A stretch of DNA of 64,000 nucleotides from an uncultured Candidatus Saccharibacteria bacterium. GTDB taxonomy: Bacteria > Patescibacteriota > Dojkabacteria > SC72. A program made the translations under genes and the position numbers. Positions 48,454 to 58,660 of the stretch are shown here, piece after piece. Location of the stretch: positions 97,200 through 161,199 of the forward strand of contig CAZULJ010000001.1 in assembly GCA_964621195.1 (NCBI GenBank). Reading direction: 5' to 3'. The notes beneath the pieces were generated by a model, which saw only the letters and a list, made by a program, of their open reading frames with translations, searched no databases and was not told the origin of the DNA. Positions within the stretch are counted from its first letter, which is position 1; each line of letters starts with the position of its first letter.

Positions 48454-48573
48454 TATTTAGTACTGAAACGTTATTATCCATTCTAAAGAATTATTACCTA
48501 CATGGCAACTTTAAATTTACACTGAATTACAGAGATGCTACTATTTAGATATATAAGTTTAGACATACTAAAT

Positions 48574-48957
48574 ATGGCTAAAAGGGGCAATATATATAAG
48601 TGTGAAATATGTGGGCATGTTATAGAGGTCCATCATGAAGGAGTCGGCACATTGGTATGCTGCAATCAACCAATGACAAAGCTAGACGAAAAGAATGAGG
48701 ACCAAGGAATGGAAAAACATGTTCCAGTGATAGAAGAGAAAGATGGATTAATTATGGTAAGTGTGGGAGATGTTCTCCATCCAATGGAGGATTCCCACTA
48801 TATAGAGTTTGTGCAATTAATTGTAGACGAACAAGTATATACGAAGTATCTAGAACCAAACCAAGATCCTATTGTTTCTTTCAGAGTTCCATATACATAC
48901 ACAACAATAAAGGCAGTTGCTTACTGTAATATTCATGGATTATGGAGTTCTGATTAG
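48574..48957 (+). CDS. Desulfoferrodoxin / superoxide reductase
   Basis: YKCEICG...LVCC, EKHVP, HPMEDSHYI, YCNIHGLW; start set at MAKRG. Confidence 0.95.
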   Translation: MAKRGNIYKCEICGHVIEVHHEGVGTLVCCNQPMTKLDEKNEDQGMEKHVPVIEEKDGLIMVSVGDVLHPMEDSHYIEFVQLIVDEQVYTKYLEPNQDPIVSFRVPYTYTTIKAVAYCNIHGLWSSD

Positions 48958-49886
48958 CCTAAGAATATCTTGTAACCAAAATATCCGATACCAACAAGAA
49001 GTAGCACAATTATTACAATCAGGACGATAATTACAACACTACTGTCCTTACCCTCTTCTTTCTGTCCTTCATCTAAAGTGTTAACAACCTCTTGCTCTGG
49101 CTGTGGTACCACCTGGGTATCTACAGAAGCCTGAACACTCTCTTGTGGTTGTGATAGACTTGCAGACATATCCATTGCGGGAGTAGCCTGAGGGAATGCT
49201 GGTTGGGAGTCTAATACAGGCTCTTGCACAACTGGAGTTTCAGGCATTACAGGAGCAAATGAATCTTGTGCAGGTACATCGACAGGTGTTTCCGGCATTG
49301 TAGTTGCAAATTGATCTTGAGTTGGTAATACCTCCGGTTGAGCAACTGGAACTTCTGGCATAACTGGAGCAGTTGTCTCCTCCACTGGTAAAACTTCAGG
49401 CTGAGCAATAGGTGCTGGAGTGAAAGAATCTGCTAAAGTTTGAGATGTATTAAGTTCTGGTTGCATATTACTATCAACAACTTGAGAGTCCTGTGGAATA
49501 GCTTGTGGAGTATCAACTACAGATGCAACACCTGGCATTGGAGTCAATGTAGAATCAGGAAGAACCTGAGTCTCTTGTATGTTAACCGTTGGACTTGCTT
49601 GAGGTGCCTCCAATACAGGATCAGAAACCATACTTGTACTTACCTCCTCTTGAGTCACCTGGGGAGCATTTGTATCTGCTACAGGTATTCCTGCAAGAGA
49701 ATCTACTAATGAGTTCTCTTGAGTCGTTGGAGCATCTACAGGTACGCTTCCAGAGGTATTGTCCACTGGCAAAACACCTAAAGGATTAGATTGAGGTTGC
49801 ATTGTATTGTAATCAGGCATAGGAGTAGTTGTATCGTTAGGAGTAGTCTGAGTATTTAATGTCCCATTGTTGTTTGAATCGTCCAC
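48954..49886 (-). CDS. Low-complexity Pro/Gln/Thr/Val-rich protein with C-terminal TM anchor
   Basis: Imperfect repeats (APVMPE[T/V]PV, AQPEVLP); terminal hydrophobic helix. Confidence 0.75.
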   Translation of the reverse strand: MDDSNNNGTLNTQTTPNDTTTPMPDYNTMQPQSNPLGVLPVDNTSGSVPVDAPTTQENSLVDSLAGIPVADTNAPQVTQEEVSTSMVSDPVLEAPQASPTVNIQETQVLPDSTLTPMPGVASVVDTPQAIPQDSQVVDSNMQPELNTSQTLADSFTPAPIAQPEVLPVEETTAPVMPEVPVAQPEVLPTQDQFATTMPETPVDVPAQDSFAPVMPETPVVQEPVLDSQPAFPQATPAMDMSASLSQPQESVQASVDTQVVPQPEQEVVNTLDEGQKEEGKDSSVVIIVLIVIIVLLLVGIGYFGYKIFLG

Positions 49887-49923
49887 AATTCTAACGTAAA
49901 AAATTTATACACTATTCAATATA

Positions 49924-51609
49924 TCAGAAATTTCTAGCACTCTTCAACAAATTTAAAAGCAAATCTCCCTCCTGTTCACTCGCAATTCTAGGAATCAAGT
50001 CATTGCCATATATTGTAGGAGTAAGCTCTGTCCTTACCAACTTACCCTCTAGTATATAGAGGGACAAAACAAGCCCCTGCCTTGTGCCAATCCATCGAGA
50101 TTGGTCAAAGTAAAGGTTGCCCAAACCATAGAAAATAACGCCATCTTTGTAAACCTCATATGTTTGTGGCTGATGAGCCTGAGTACCAACAACAACATCT
50201 GCTCCGAAATCAACAGCTTTTCTGAAAACACCCTTCTGGTCAGGACTACTCAAAGGTTTATAGCATATTGGATAGATAACATCGGAGGATGGATAGCTAT
50301 AGCACTCTTGGAACTGGAATGTAACAATTACAACATCGGCATTCTCCTTACCCTCCTTAATATCAGCCTCAAGCTTACCCAGAGAGTATGAATTTGCTCC
50401 TGCCCTATCATCTCCAGCGATAGCTCCAGTGTTTAGCATCGTGTCATAGTAATTGTATCCAACAAAAGCAATCTTACTACCCTTCACCTCCTTATACAGA
50501 ATCTTACTAGCATCTTCACTATTCAAACCACCACCAAAGTAATCCCACCCCAAATCCTTGTACATCTCTATACTCTTAGCGTTATTAGAAGCTCCAAAAT
50601 CATTGTTATGATTCCCTGTTAACTCAACAATATCTATTCCACTTTTCTCTAAAGTTTCAATATATTCAGGCTTTGAACAAAATCTCATACCACTGTATAC
50701 AGAACAACCGTCCATGAAAGAGACTTCATTTGAAGTATGTGTCAGATCTGCATCTGCAAGAAAGCTCCCAATATCCCTTGCTGGATATCCATAGTCTTTA
50801 GCAGCATCTATCTTAGATGCTAACCCTCTTGAAATTGCTGTAACACCCGTCATATTTATCTTAACCAATTTCTCATCATTGAGGATATCATTCTCTAATA
50901 TCTCTATATTTTTCTGCAAAAGACCATACACAAAACTAGCCCTATCATCCCCCTCTAATGAGTATGAAATTGTAACCCTTGCCTTTGGTATAGATAAGGG
51001 ATCCTCACCATCAACAGTAAGTGTCTTGTACTCTCTTCCAAGATTAGAAGGAAATAGAAAACCGACAGACTCTTCATCATCAAGTAGCCCCTCAGAAAGA
51101 TTCTCTACTTTTTCAACGGGAATATCATAATACTGCGAAAGATACTCATTGGCAAATAAATACTCCTGCTTCTCCAGTAATATCTTTTTAAAGTTCTCAA
51201 TATTAAATTCATCCTCAATCCAGTAAATATGACCAACTGGGATCAATTCTCTAGAAATAAAGGATTGGGATGTTTTAGAATCAGTAACTCCAAGAACAAA
51301 GTCCGATTCATCTTTCTCAACGAATTCAAATCTCTTCTGCCCTTTAAATTCAATATCTCCAACTCCCTGGACAATACCCTCCTTTACAACTGCAGATATC
51401 TTTGGATCTATATATACTTTGAAGGTATCGTAATTAATCTGAGGTTCATACTCAAAGAAGTAACTTCTAAGAAGGAAAATGGGAGATTGTGTAAAGAGAA
51501 GGAAATAGAAAAAAAAGCTTAGAAATGGTATAATAACATAGATAGGGAGAAGAAATTTTAAATATCTTCTATCCTTTTTTATTCCCACTACTTTGTACTG
51601 CTTGCTCAC
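49924..51609 (-). CDS. CapA family (PGA_cap) metallophosphoesterase-like protein
   Basis: ELTGNHNNDFG, GADVVVGTQAHQPQ, FYGLGNLYFDQ. Confidence 0.88.
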   Translation of the reverse strand: MSKQYKVVGIKKDRRYLKFLLPIYVIIPFLSFFFYFLLFTQSPIFLLRSYFFEYEPQINYDTFKVYIDPKISAVVKEGIVQGVGDIEFKGQKRFEFVEKDESDFVLGVTDSKTSQSFISRELIPVGHIYWIEDEFNIENFKKILLEKQEYLFANEYLSQYYDIPVEKVENLSEGLLDDEESVGFLFPSNLGREYKTLTVDGEDPLSIPKARVTISYSLEGDDRASFVYGLLQKNIEILENDILNDEKLVKINMTGVTAISRGLASKIDAAKDYGYPARDIGSFLADADLTHTSNEVSFMDGCSVYSGMRFCSKPEYIETLEKSGIDIVELTGNHNNDFGASNNAKSIEMYKDLGWDYFGGGLNSEDASKILYKEVKGSKIAFVGYNYYDTMLNTGAIAGDDRAGANSYSLGKLEADIKEGKENADVVIVTFQFQECYSYPSSDVIYPICYKPLSSPDQKGVFRKAVDFGADVVVGTQAHQPQTYEVYKDGVIFYGLGNLYFDQSRWIGTRQGLVLSLYILEGKLVRTELTPTIYGNDLIPRIASEQEGDLLLNLLKSARNF

Positions 51610-51682
51610 AGATACATAGTATCACAATTTAGTTTACCTACAAAGGCAAAACTATAGGACAAAGTGTAGACATATTAAAACT

Positions 51683-52276
51683 ATGAATACAAACAAAACA
51701 AAGAAAAACATATTAGCGATAGTAGCAGGGATACTGTTTACAGGCCTAATATTAAATACAATAGATGAAATCTCACCTACAAAGGTAATGAGTATAAATC
51801 AGGCATCTCTAATTGAAAATGGAGAAGAGACTGTACAGTATTTGGATTCTAACGAAATAAAGGAAAGAATCTTAGAAGAAGCTGTATCAACAAGAGCTGA
51901 AGATGCAGAGACCTTAAGACAAATTGAGAATGTAAGAAGATACCTAGAGAGCAGAAATGCTCCTTTAGCACCCTATACAAAAGAGTTTGTAAAAGCAGCA
52001 CATGAATACGGTATTGACTATAGATTAGTAGCTGCGATATCTATCATTGAATCAAGTGGTGGATTACATACCTTTAGAACATATAACGCTTGGGGTTGGG
52101 GTAAAATGAACTTCAGTAGCTGGGAGGAAGGTATATGGACAGTTTCAAAAGGTCTTGGAAAATACTACGCAAGAGGATTAACTACACCACAAAGAATATC
52201 CGTATACTACTGTCCTCCAACTGCTTCAGAGTGGGCAAGAAAAGTATCCTTTGTAATGGGACAAATAGGTGAGTAA
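51683..52276 (+). CDS. Lysozyme-like (glucosaminidase/SLT-type) cell wall hydrolase
   Basis: YGIDYRLVAAISIIESSGG...NAWGWG. Confidence 0.75.
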   Translation: MNTNKTKKNILAIVAGILFTGLILNTIDEISPTKVMSINQASLIENGEETVQYLDSNEIKERILEEAVSTRAEDAETLRQIENVRRYLESRNAPLAPYTKEFVKAAHEYGIDYRLVAAISIIESSGGLHTFRTYNAWGWGKMNFSSWEEGIWTVSKGLGKYYARGLTTPQRISVYYCPPTASEWARKVSFVMGQIGE

Positions 52277-52287
52277 AATACTCTAGT

Positions 52288-52983
52288 ATGGAAGAAACAA
52301 AACTAGGGAAATACAGAGTCCTGTATACAAATAGTAAGGAATTTCACACAATAAAAAGGGAGATCTGGGGAGAAGGTACCTATTACTTTGATACAGACAA
52401 TAGCTCACCATTTATAATCGATATAGGAGCACACATTGGTCTTTCAGTTCTCTACTTTAAAAGTATATATCCTAATTCAAAAATTCTTGCTTTCGAACCA
52501 AATCCCAATACTTTTGATATCCTCAAAGAGAATATATATATTAATAATTTAGAGAATATTGAAATACATAATATTGCGATATGGAAAGATTGCGGAACTA
52601 AAGATTTCTATATAGACTCCAATGATACCGGTTGGGATTCAAATGCGAGTTTAATAAAAGGTGGGTGGACAGGTAAAGAAGATACCAAAAGGATTACAAT
52701 CAAGACAGAAATGTTAAGCAAGTTCATATCAAGAAAGGTTGATTTGCTCAAAATCGATGCCGAAGGAAGTGAAATACCAATACTTAAAAGCAATAAAGGT
52801 TTACTGAAAGATATTGAGAATATAGTAATAGAGTACCACCCAATAAAAGGGTATAAAGTTCAAGATTTACTGCAATTACTGTCCAAACAGTTTTCATTGA
52901 AGATAACGTCCGATGGAAAACTTCTTAAGAAACCAATAGAAGGAAAGTTACTAACGATAAAAGGAAAGAATCTTGTAAAGTAG
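52288..52983 (+). CDS. FkbM family methyltransferase
   Basis: IIDIGAHIG, AFEPNP, LLKIDAEGSE. Confidence 0.92.
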   Translation: MEETKLGKYRVLYTNSKEFHTIKREIWGEGTYYFDTDNSSPFIIDIGAHIGLSVLYFKSIYPNSKILAFEPNPNTFDILKENIYINNLENIEIHNIAIWKDCGTKDFYIDSNDTGWDSNASLIKGGWTGKEDTKRITIKTEMLSKFISRKVDLLKIDAEGSEIPILKSNKGLLKDIENIVIEYHPIKGYKVQDLLQLLSKQFSLKITSDGKLLKKPIEGKLLTIKGKNLVK

Positions 52984-53970
52984 TGTCTTTATAGGTCCCC
53001 TAAATATCCCATATAAAACAGATCTAAGCTTATCGGGATCATGACGGATAAGACTTCTAACAAGGACATCTCCCTTATCCTTCTTTATGATTGAGTTTGC
53101 AACTAAATCTTCACGAATTACCTTCCTCTGGCCACTCTCTTTCAAATCATCAATAAAAAGACTCTCACCATCATCAATATATCTCTTGTATGCTTCACTA
53201 GGTATTCTTCCATTGTTTATCAAGACATAATCAAACTCTCTACCAATATGACCCTCGACAATCTCAATCATGCTTTTCTGGGTCAATCCCCTTGTCTGCC
53301 CTATCTTAGTCATAAGGTTAGGAATAAATATCAACTTCGCCTTTGTACTTTGCAGAGCTTGTGGGATACCATCTACTAAGATGTTTGCAAGAGTGGTTGT
53401 ATACAAGTCTCCTGGGCCAATAATGATATATTGAGAATCTAAAATCTTCTCTACCGCACCAGGGTATGCTTTTGCTTCTCCATCTAAATAAAACTTATCT
53501 ATACGGATATCTTCTTCTGGTTCATCGATGAAATGCTCCCCTACTACCCTTTTACCATTTGTATACTCTGCAACAAGTCTGACCTTATCCAGTGTTACTG
53601 GTAATATATCACCCCGGACATTGAATAAGTATTTAAACATTTCAATAGCATCTACCTCAGAGCCAGCGACCTCTGTCATCGCAATCATAAGAAGATTGCC
53701 CAGTGTATGTCCCTTTAAACCTTCTCCCTGCGAGAATCTGTAAGTAAAAAGGTTCCTAAGTATATCTCCCTCATTCTCTTCTGAAAGTGCGATGATTGAC
53801 TTCCTAAGATCACTAAAGGGTAAGAGACCAAATTCATCTCTTACAACTGCATTGCTTCCGCCATCATCCATCATCCCAACTATAACGGAAAGTTCTAAAT
53901 CTTTATCTTTTTTTAATCCTTCGAGTACTGTCGATGTTCCAGTTCCTCCTCCTATTAAGGTGATTTTCAT
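52951..53970 (-). CDS. YvcK/GlmR family (UDP-GlcNAc-binding) protein
   Basis: IGGGTG, DDGGS, GHTLGNL, IGPGDLYT, RHDPDKL. Confidence 0.93.
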   Translation of the reverse strand: MKITLIGGGTGTSTVLEGLKKDKDLELSVIVGMMDDGGSNAVVRDEFGLLPFSDLRKSIIALSEENEGDILRNLFTYRFSQGEGLKGHTLGNLLMIAMTEVAGSEVDAIEMFKYLFNVRGDILPVTLDKVRLVAEYTNGKRVVGEHFIDEPEEDIRIDKFYLDGEAKAYPGAVEKILDSQYIIIGPGDLYTTTLANILVDGIPQALQSTKAKLIFIPNLMTKIGQTRGLTQKSMIEIVEGHIGREFDYVLINNGRIPSEAYKRYIDDGESLFIDDLKESGQRKVIREDLVANSIIKKDKGDVLVRSLIRHDPDKLRSVLYGIFRGPIKTLLYKILSFYR

Positions 53971-54031
53971 AAGTGAATTGTATATTAAAAAATGTTATAA
54001 TCAAATGTTTACTTAACGATTATACCTTATT

Positions 54032-54556
54032 ATGAATTTCAAGATTGGATCAAAAGTTTTCTACCCCTCACATGGAGCTGGTTGGGTTAAGCAGGAGAAG
54101 GAAATAGAGTTTAATGGACAGAAGAAGCAGTATTTTGAGTTTGAATTTATAAACAGTGCACTAACAATTTCCACACCAATCGAGAACATTGAGAACCTAA
54201 GTGTAAGAGCAGTTCATTCTGCGAAAGAAATTAAAGAGAAAATCTCTATACTAAAAAAGAAACCTACTAAAGATCCAAAGACTACGGATTTCAATAAGCT
54301 AATGGAACTTTTCAAGAAGTTAGAAGATGGTGCAAATGTAGACAGTGCGATTGAAACAATACAATATTGCAATCATGTAAAGAAAGGTCGAGAGAAAGAT
54401 GGAAGATTAATACCTGTAACAATAGAGAACGAACTAAACAGGGCAATTAATGACATCGTAGGTGAATTAGCAGTATCTTCTGGAGTAAAGCTATTTACTG
54501 CAGCAAAAACATTCGAAAAGATTACAGGTTTAGAGACTAAGATAGAAGAAGAATAG
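54032..54556 (+). CDS. carD: CarD family transcription factor
   Basis: FKIGSKVFYPSHGAG N-terminal CarD pattern. Confidence 0.82.
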   Translation: MNFKIGSKVFYPSHGAGWVKQEKEIEFNGQKKQYFEFEFINSALTISTPIENIENLSVRAVHSAKEIKEKISILKKKPTKDPKTTDFNKLMELFKKLEDGANVDSAIETIQYCNHVKKGREKDGRLIPVTIENELNRAINDIVGELAVSSGVKLFTAAKTFEKITGLETKIEEE

Positions 54557-54567
54557 TAAAGCCCTCT

Positions 54568-57528
54568 TTAAAAAGAGAGCTTTACCTCCATGTCCTCAAT
54601 CTTGAATGTACCCTTTGGGTTATCAACAGTGTTAACAACTTTTACAGATTTAACCTGTAATTCCTCTTTCCTTTCTTCGAATAGTTTCTCCAAAAGCTTA
54701 CCTAGTTTCTGATCTGAGATTTCAACTTGAAGATCAATCATATCCCCCATCTGAAGACCACTCTTCTTTCTAATGTCTCTATACTTTCTCATAAAGTCAT
54801 TTATATATCCCTGTGCCTTCAATTCATCATTTAGATTTGTATCCAAGGTTACAAATAACTCATATTCTCCGAAGGTTAATAAACCTTCACCCTCTAAAGG
54901 CTTTTCCGAGTACACAACCTCAGATACATTCAATTCAGATTTAACAATCTCACAGAGATTCTCGTCCCGAAGATTAACATATGCTTTAGAAAGAGGTTGT
55001 CTTAAATTCAAACCAGCATCCTCCCTTATCTTCAAACCGTTAGAACATATCTCTCTAACAAGATCCATATTCTTAAGAAGATCTTCTTCGATTTCTATAT
55101 CAAATACTGGATATTCCTCTAAATGGACTGACTCTTTTGCATTCTTTACACCACCCTTTACAACAAGGGTCTGATATATTTCCTCTGTCAAAAATGGCAT
55201 TTGAGGAGCAAATATCTTTGAAAAAAGAACCATTGCAGAGTACAAGGTTTGCAAAGCACCAGTATCTCCCTGTGCAAATCTGTCACGGGATCTTCTAATC
55301 CACCACTTGGATATATTATCTATGCATGGCTGAATTAATTTTACAGAAGTTGGAATATCATATGCCTCAAGTGCAGCCGCATATTCCCTAGAGACCTTTA
55401 TCATGTACTGCTCTAGCCATTTATCCAAAAGGTTCTGAGAAGTAAATTCTGTAGTCTCAGGGCTCCACTCATGTATGTTTGTATACAAGGAAAGATATCT
55501 AAAGGTATTCCATACAGGAATTAGGATATTCTTTGATTGTTCTTTCAGTAAATCATCCGACCAATTGATGTCTCCACCAGACATGATTGGTGTCGACATT
55601 ATATATAGCCTTAAAGCTTCGCCACCGAACTGTTCAAGAGTTTTCTTTGGATCGGGATAGTTACCGTATGATTTACTCATTTTCCTTCCATCATTTCCAA
55701 ACATTACTCCAGTACAAATAACATTTTTGTATGCAACATCATCGAAAAGCATTAAAGACATCCTAAACAAAACATTGAACCATGCCCTAATCTGACCCGT
55801 ATATTCGACAATAAAGTCTGCAGGGAATGCATCTTCAAACTCTTCCTTGTTTTCAAATGGATAGTGGTGTTCAGCAAATGGAACACTTCCAGAATCCATC
55901 CAACAATCCAATACTTCAGGGATTCTTCGGTATTCTTTACCATCTTTCTTTAGTAAAATCTGATCACACACATCCCTATGAAGTGTCATCTTTTTACCAT
56001 TAAGGTGATATTCTGTTTTCCCATTAACTTCCTTCTTCTCAATCTGGTCAGTATATTGAGTCATCTCTTCCATGCTTCCCATTATCAATTGATCACCGTC
56101 TTCGCTTTCCCAAATTGGCATTATTGTTGCCCAATATCTGTTTCTAGATATTGCCCAATCAGGTGCAGTCTCTAAGACATTCTCAAATCTTTTTTTAAAA
56201 GTCTCGGGAACCCATGTAATCTTTTCCTGTAATTCAAGCATTCTTCCCTTTATCTTTTGTATATCGATGAAGTAGGAATCTTGAGTCATATATATCAATG
56301 GGTTATCACCACGATAGAAAGGCAGTCTGTGGATGTAACTTTCTGATCTTAGAAGCTTTCCCTGTTTCTCAAGATCATCAGCAACCATCGGAGATGCCTC
56401 ACGTATATATACACCCTTCCAAGGACCTTGTAACATACGACCACTTTCATCAATATGAACAGTATCACTCAGTCCCCATTCCTTACCCATATTAAAGTCT
56501 ACCTCGCCAAAACCTGGTGCAACGTGTAGAACCCCACTACCTTCGCTTTCAACAACTTCGTCCGAGAGATATACATGCCAATCTTTCTTTGTAGCACTTT
56601 CTACAAAGTAATCATATGCAGGAACATATTCAAGCCCTTCGAAATGCTTACCTTCGTATTCACCAACTACCTCATATTTCTCATCTTTAAATGTTTCTTC
56701 TAATCTTTCCTTTGATACGACAAGATATTCATCCTTATACTTAACTAATGCATACTTAAAATTCTCATTTACAGCAAGAGCAAAGTTTGCGGGTATTGTC
56801 CAAGGGGTAGTTGTCCAAGCAACAAGCTTTACAGGATTACCATTTGTAACATCCCTAAATTTATCTCCCTTCAATTCGAATTTAACAAAAATTGCTAAAT
56901 CCTCAACATCCTGATATGTATCATCCATGGTTACCTCGAAGTTGGAAACAGGAGTAGAAGTATCTGTGGAGAAAAGTGACACTCTTTTACCTTTGTATAT
57001 TAAACCTTTCTCCCAGATCTGTTTGAAAGCCCAAAGAACAGACTCATTAAACTCAGGATCCATAGTTCTGTATGCATGATCCAAATCTACCCATCTACCA
57101 ATCTTTTCAATGTACCATCTCCAGTCGCTGATTCCCTGCTCAACATATGTCCTACACTCTTGAACATACTTATCTACTCCAATCTTGGTCTCGACATCAA
57201 CTCTGTCCTTTACCCCTAACTTCTTATTAACCCTTTCCTCAATTGGTAATCCATGACAATCCCAACCCCATACTCTTCTGACACGAAATCCTTTCATAGT
57301 CCAATATCTTGGAATTATATCCTTTGGAATTGAAACAAGAAGACTTCCATAGTGTGGTGTTCCAGTAACAAACGGAGGACCATCTACGAAGGAATATCTT
57401 CTATCCTTTGGTCTTTGTTCTACACTCTTTATAAAGATTTCCTCTTTCTTCCAAAAGTCATTTATTCCATCCTCCATTTTGGAGAAATTTATACTAGAAG
57501 GAACTTCAGGTATTCTAGATTTTGACAT
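54568..57528 (-). CDS. ileS: Isoleucine--tRNA ligase, type 2
   Basis: DGPPFVTGTPHYG, WGWDCHGLP, AWTTTPWT, DWAISRNRYW, KMSKS; ATG start at 57528. Confidence 0.96.
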   Translation of the reverse strand: MSKSRIPEVPSSINFSKMEDGINDFWKKEEIFIKSVEQRPKDRRYSFVDGPPFVTGTPHYGSLLVSIPKDIIPRYWTMKGFRVRRVWGWDCHGLPIEERVNKKLGVKDRVDVETKIGVDKYVQECRTYVEQGISDWRWYIEKIGRWVDLDHAYRTMDPEFNESVLWAFKQIWEKGLIYKGKRVSLFSTDTSTPVSNFEVTMDDTYQDVEDLAIFVKFELKGDKFRDVTNGNPVKLVAWTTTPWTIPANFALAVNENFKYALVKYKDEYLVVSKERLEETFKDEKYEVVGEYEGKHFEGLEYVPAYDYFVESATKKDWHVYLSDEVVESEGSGVLHVAPGFGEVDFNMGKEWGLSDTVHIDESGRMLQGPWKGVYIREASPMVADDLEKQGKLLRSESYIHRLPFYRGDNPLIYMTQDSYFIDIQKIKGRMLELQEKITWVPETFKKRFENVLETAPDWAISRNRYWATIMPIWESEDGDQLIMGSMEEMTQYTDQIEKKEVNGKTEYHLNGKKMTLHRDVCDQILLKKDGKEYRRIPEVLDCWMDSGSVPFAEHHYPFENKEEFEDAFPADFIVEYTGQIRAWFNVLFRMSLMLFDDVAYKNVICTGVMFGNDGRKMSKSYGNYPDPKKTLEQFGGEALRLYIMSTPIMSGGDINWSDDLLKEQSKNILIPVWNTFRYLSLYTNIHEWSPETTEFTSQNLLDKWLEQYMIKVSREYAAALEAYDIPTSVKLIQPCIDNISKWWIRRSRDRFAQGDTGALQTLYSAMVLFSKIFAPQMPFLTEEIYQTLVVKGGVKNAKESVHLEEYPVFDIEIEEDLLKNMDLVREICSNGLKIREDAGLNLRQPLSKAYVNLRDENLCEIVKSELNVSEVVYSEKPLEGEGLLTFGEYELFVTLDTNLNDELKAQGYINDFMRKYRDIRKKSGLQMGDMIDLQVEISDQKLGKLLEKLFEERKEELQVKSVKVVNTVDNPKGTFKIEDMEVKLSF

Positions 57529-57552
57529 ATTAATTTCTTTCAAAGTTATTTA

Positions 57553-57765
57553 AAACAAAAATCCCCTTGCAAGATATGATACATTGTATCAACTCTTACA
57601 AAGGGACGTATATACGTGTTACCACCCTTTTTTGAAATTGCATTACTACAATCTCCTTACAGACCACATATATGGTCTTGCTTTTTCTCGGTAGCATACC
57701 GTTGGAGTCTACTCACCATATGGTTTTCTTTCCACCACTCTCCAGTGATATCTGGGTCAACGTGT
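57553..57765 (-). promoter_or_regulatory. T-box riboswitch, ultrashort Stem I (specifier AUC = Ile), with terminator
   Basis: Minus strand: CCAG-ATATCA-CTGG; Stem II with AGUAG; AGGGTGGTAACACG...CGTCCCT antiterminator; hairpin followed by a U-run. Confidence 0.88.
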
Positions 57766-57842
57766 TAAGCAGATTATATCATATCAGGTTATATAGATGG
57801 TATAATATACTAGGATTTATTTAATTTCTTACTATTAATGCA

Positions 57843-58061
57843 ATGTCTTTTGAACCAAACGAGCCCAACGGAGAAGTAAATGAGGATGGATTGATAGATA
57901 ACAGTACACATTGGCTTGGTACAGATCCAGAAACAGGAGCTCCTGATCTATCTGATGTACACAGTGTACATGACTGCATTGGAGATGATGGTACCCACTA
58001 CACATTAAACGAAGAGACTGGAGAGTATGAAGTTACAATTCCAGGTCCAAACGATGACTAG
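57843..58061 (+). CDS. Small highly acidic protein (72 aa)
   Basis: 19 D/E and no K/R; overlaps the ung start. Confidence 0.6.
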   Translation: MSFEPNEPNGEVNEDGLIDNSTHWLGTDPETGAPDLSDVHSVHDCIGDDGTHYTLNEETGEYEVTIPGPNDD

Positions 58062-58659
58062 GGAAGATATTCTTCTAAGAATAGAAAGCTCTGAGACAGT
58101 ATTTCCCCCAAGGAAAGAAATCTTCAGAGCTTTTTCTTTAACCCCTCTAAAAAAAGTCAAGGTCGTAATCATTGGACAAGATCCATATCATGGAGAAGGA
58201 GAAGCTAATGGGTTAGCATTCTCTGTGAACAAAGGAATAAAATTACCACCATCATTGAGAAATATATACAAGGAATTGGAGGATGATTTAGGGATTAAAG
58301 CACCAACACACGGAGATTTATCTGCATGGGCAAAACAAGGAGTACTACTTCTAAATTCAATATTAACGGTAAGAGAAAATACCCCTGGGTCACACAGAAA
58401 GATAGGTTGGGAAGAGTATACAGACTCTGTAATACAGGAAATATCGAATAGCAAAAAACATATTGTCTTTATACTTTGGGGCAAGTATGCACAAAAGAAG
58501 AAAGAATTAATAGACAGTGATAAACATTTAATAATAGAATCTCCACACCCATCCCCATTTTCTGCAAGAAAGGGTTTCTTTGGGAGCAAGCCATTTAGTA
58601 GAACAAACAAATACCTCAGAGAAAATAATATCTCTGAAATAGATTGGCAAATTCCTTAA
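58054..58659 (+). CDS. ung: Uracil-DNA glycosylase (family 1), short N-terminus
   Basis: GQDPYH, PPSLRNI, QGVLLLN, FILWG, HPSPFS. Confidence 0.95.
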   Translation: MTREDILLRIESSETVFPPRKEIFRAFSLTPLKKVKVVIIGQDPYHGEGEANGLAFSVNKGIKLPPSLRNIYKELEDDLGIKAPTHGDLSAWAKQGVLLLNSILTVRENTPGSHRKIGWEEYTDSVIQEISNSKKHIVFILWGKYAQKKKELIDSDKHLIIESPHPSPFSARKGFFGSKPFSRTNKYLRENNISEIDWQIP

Positions 58660-58660
58660 A

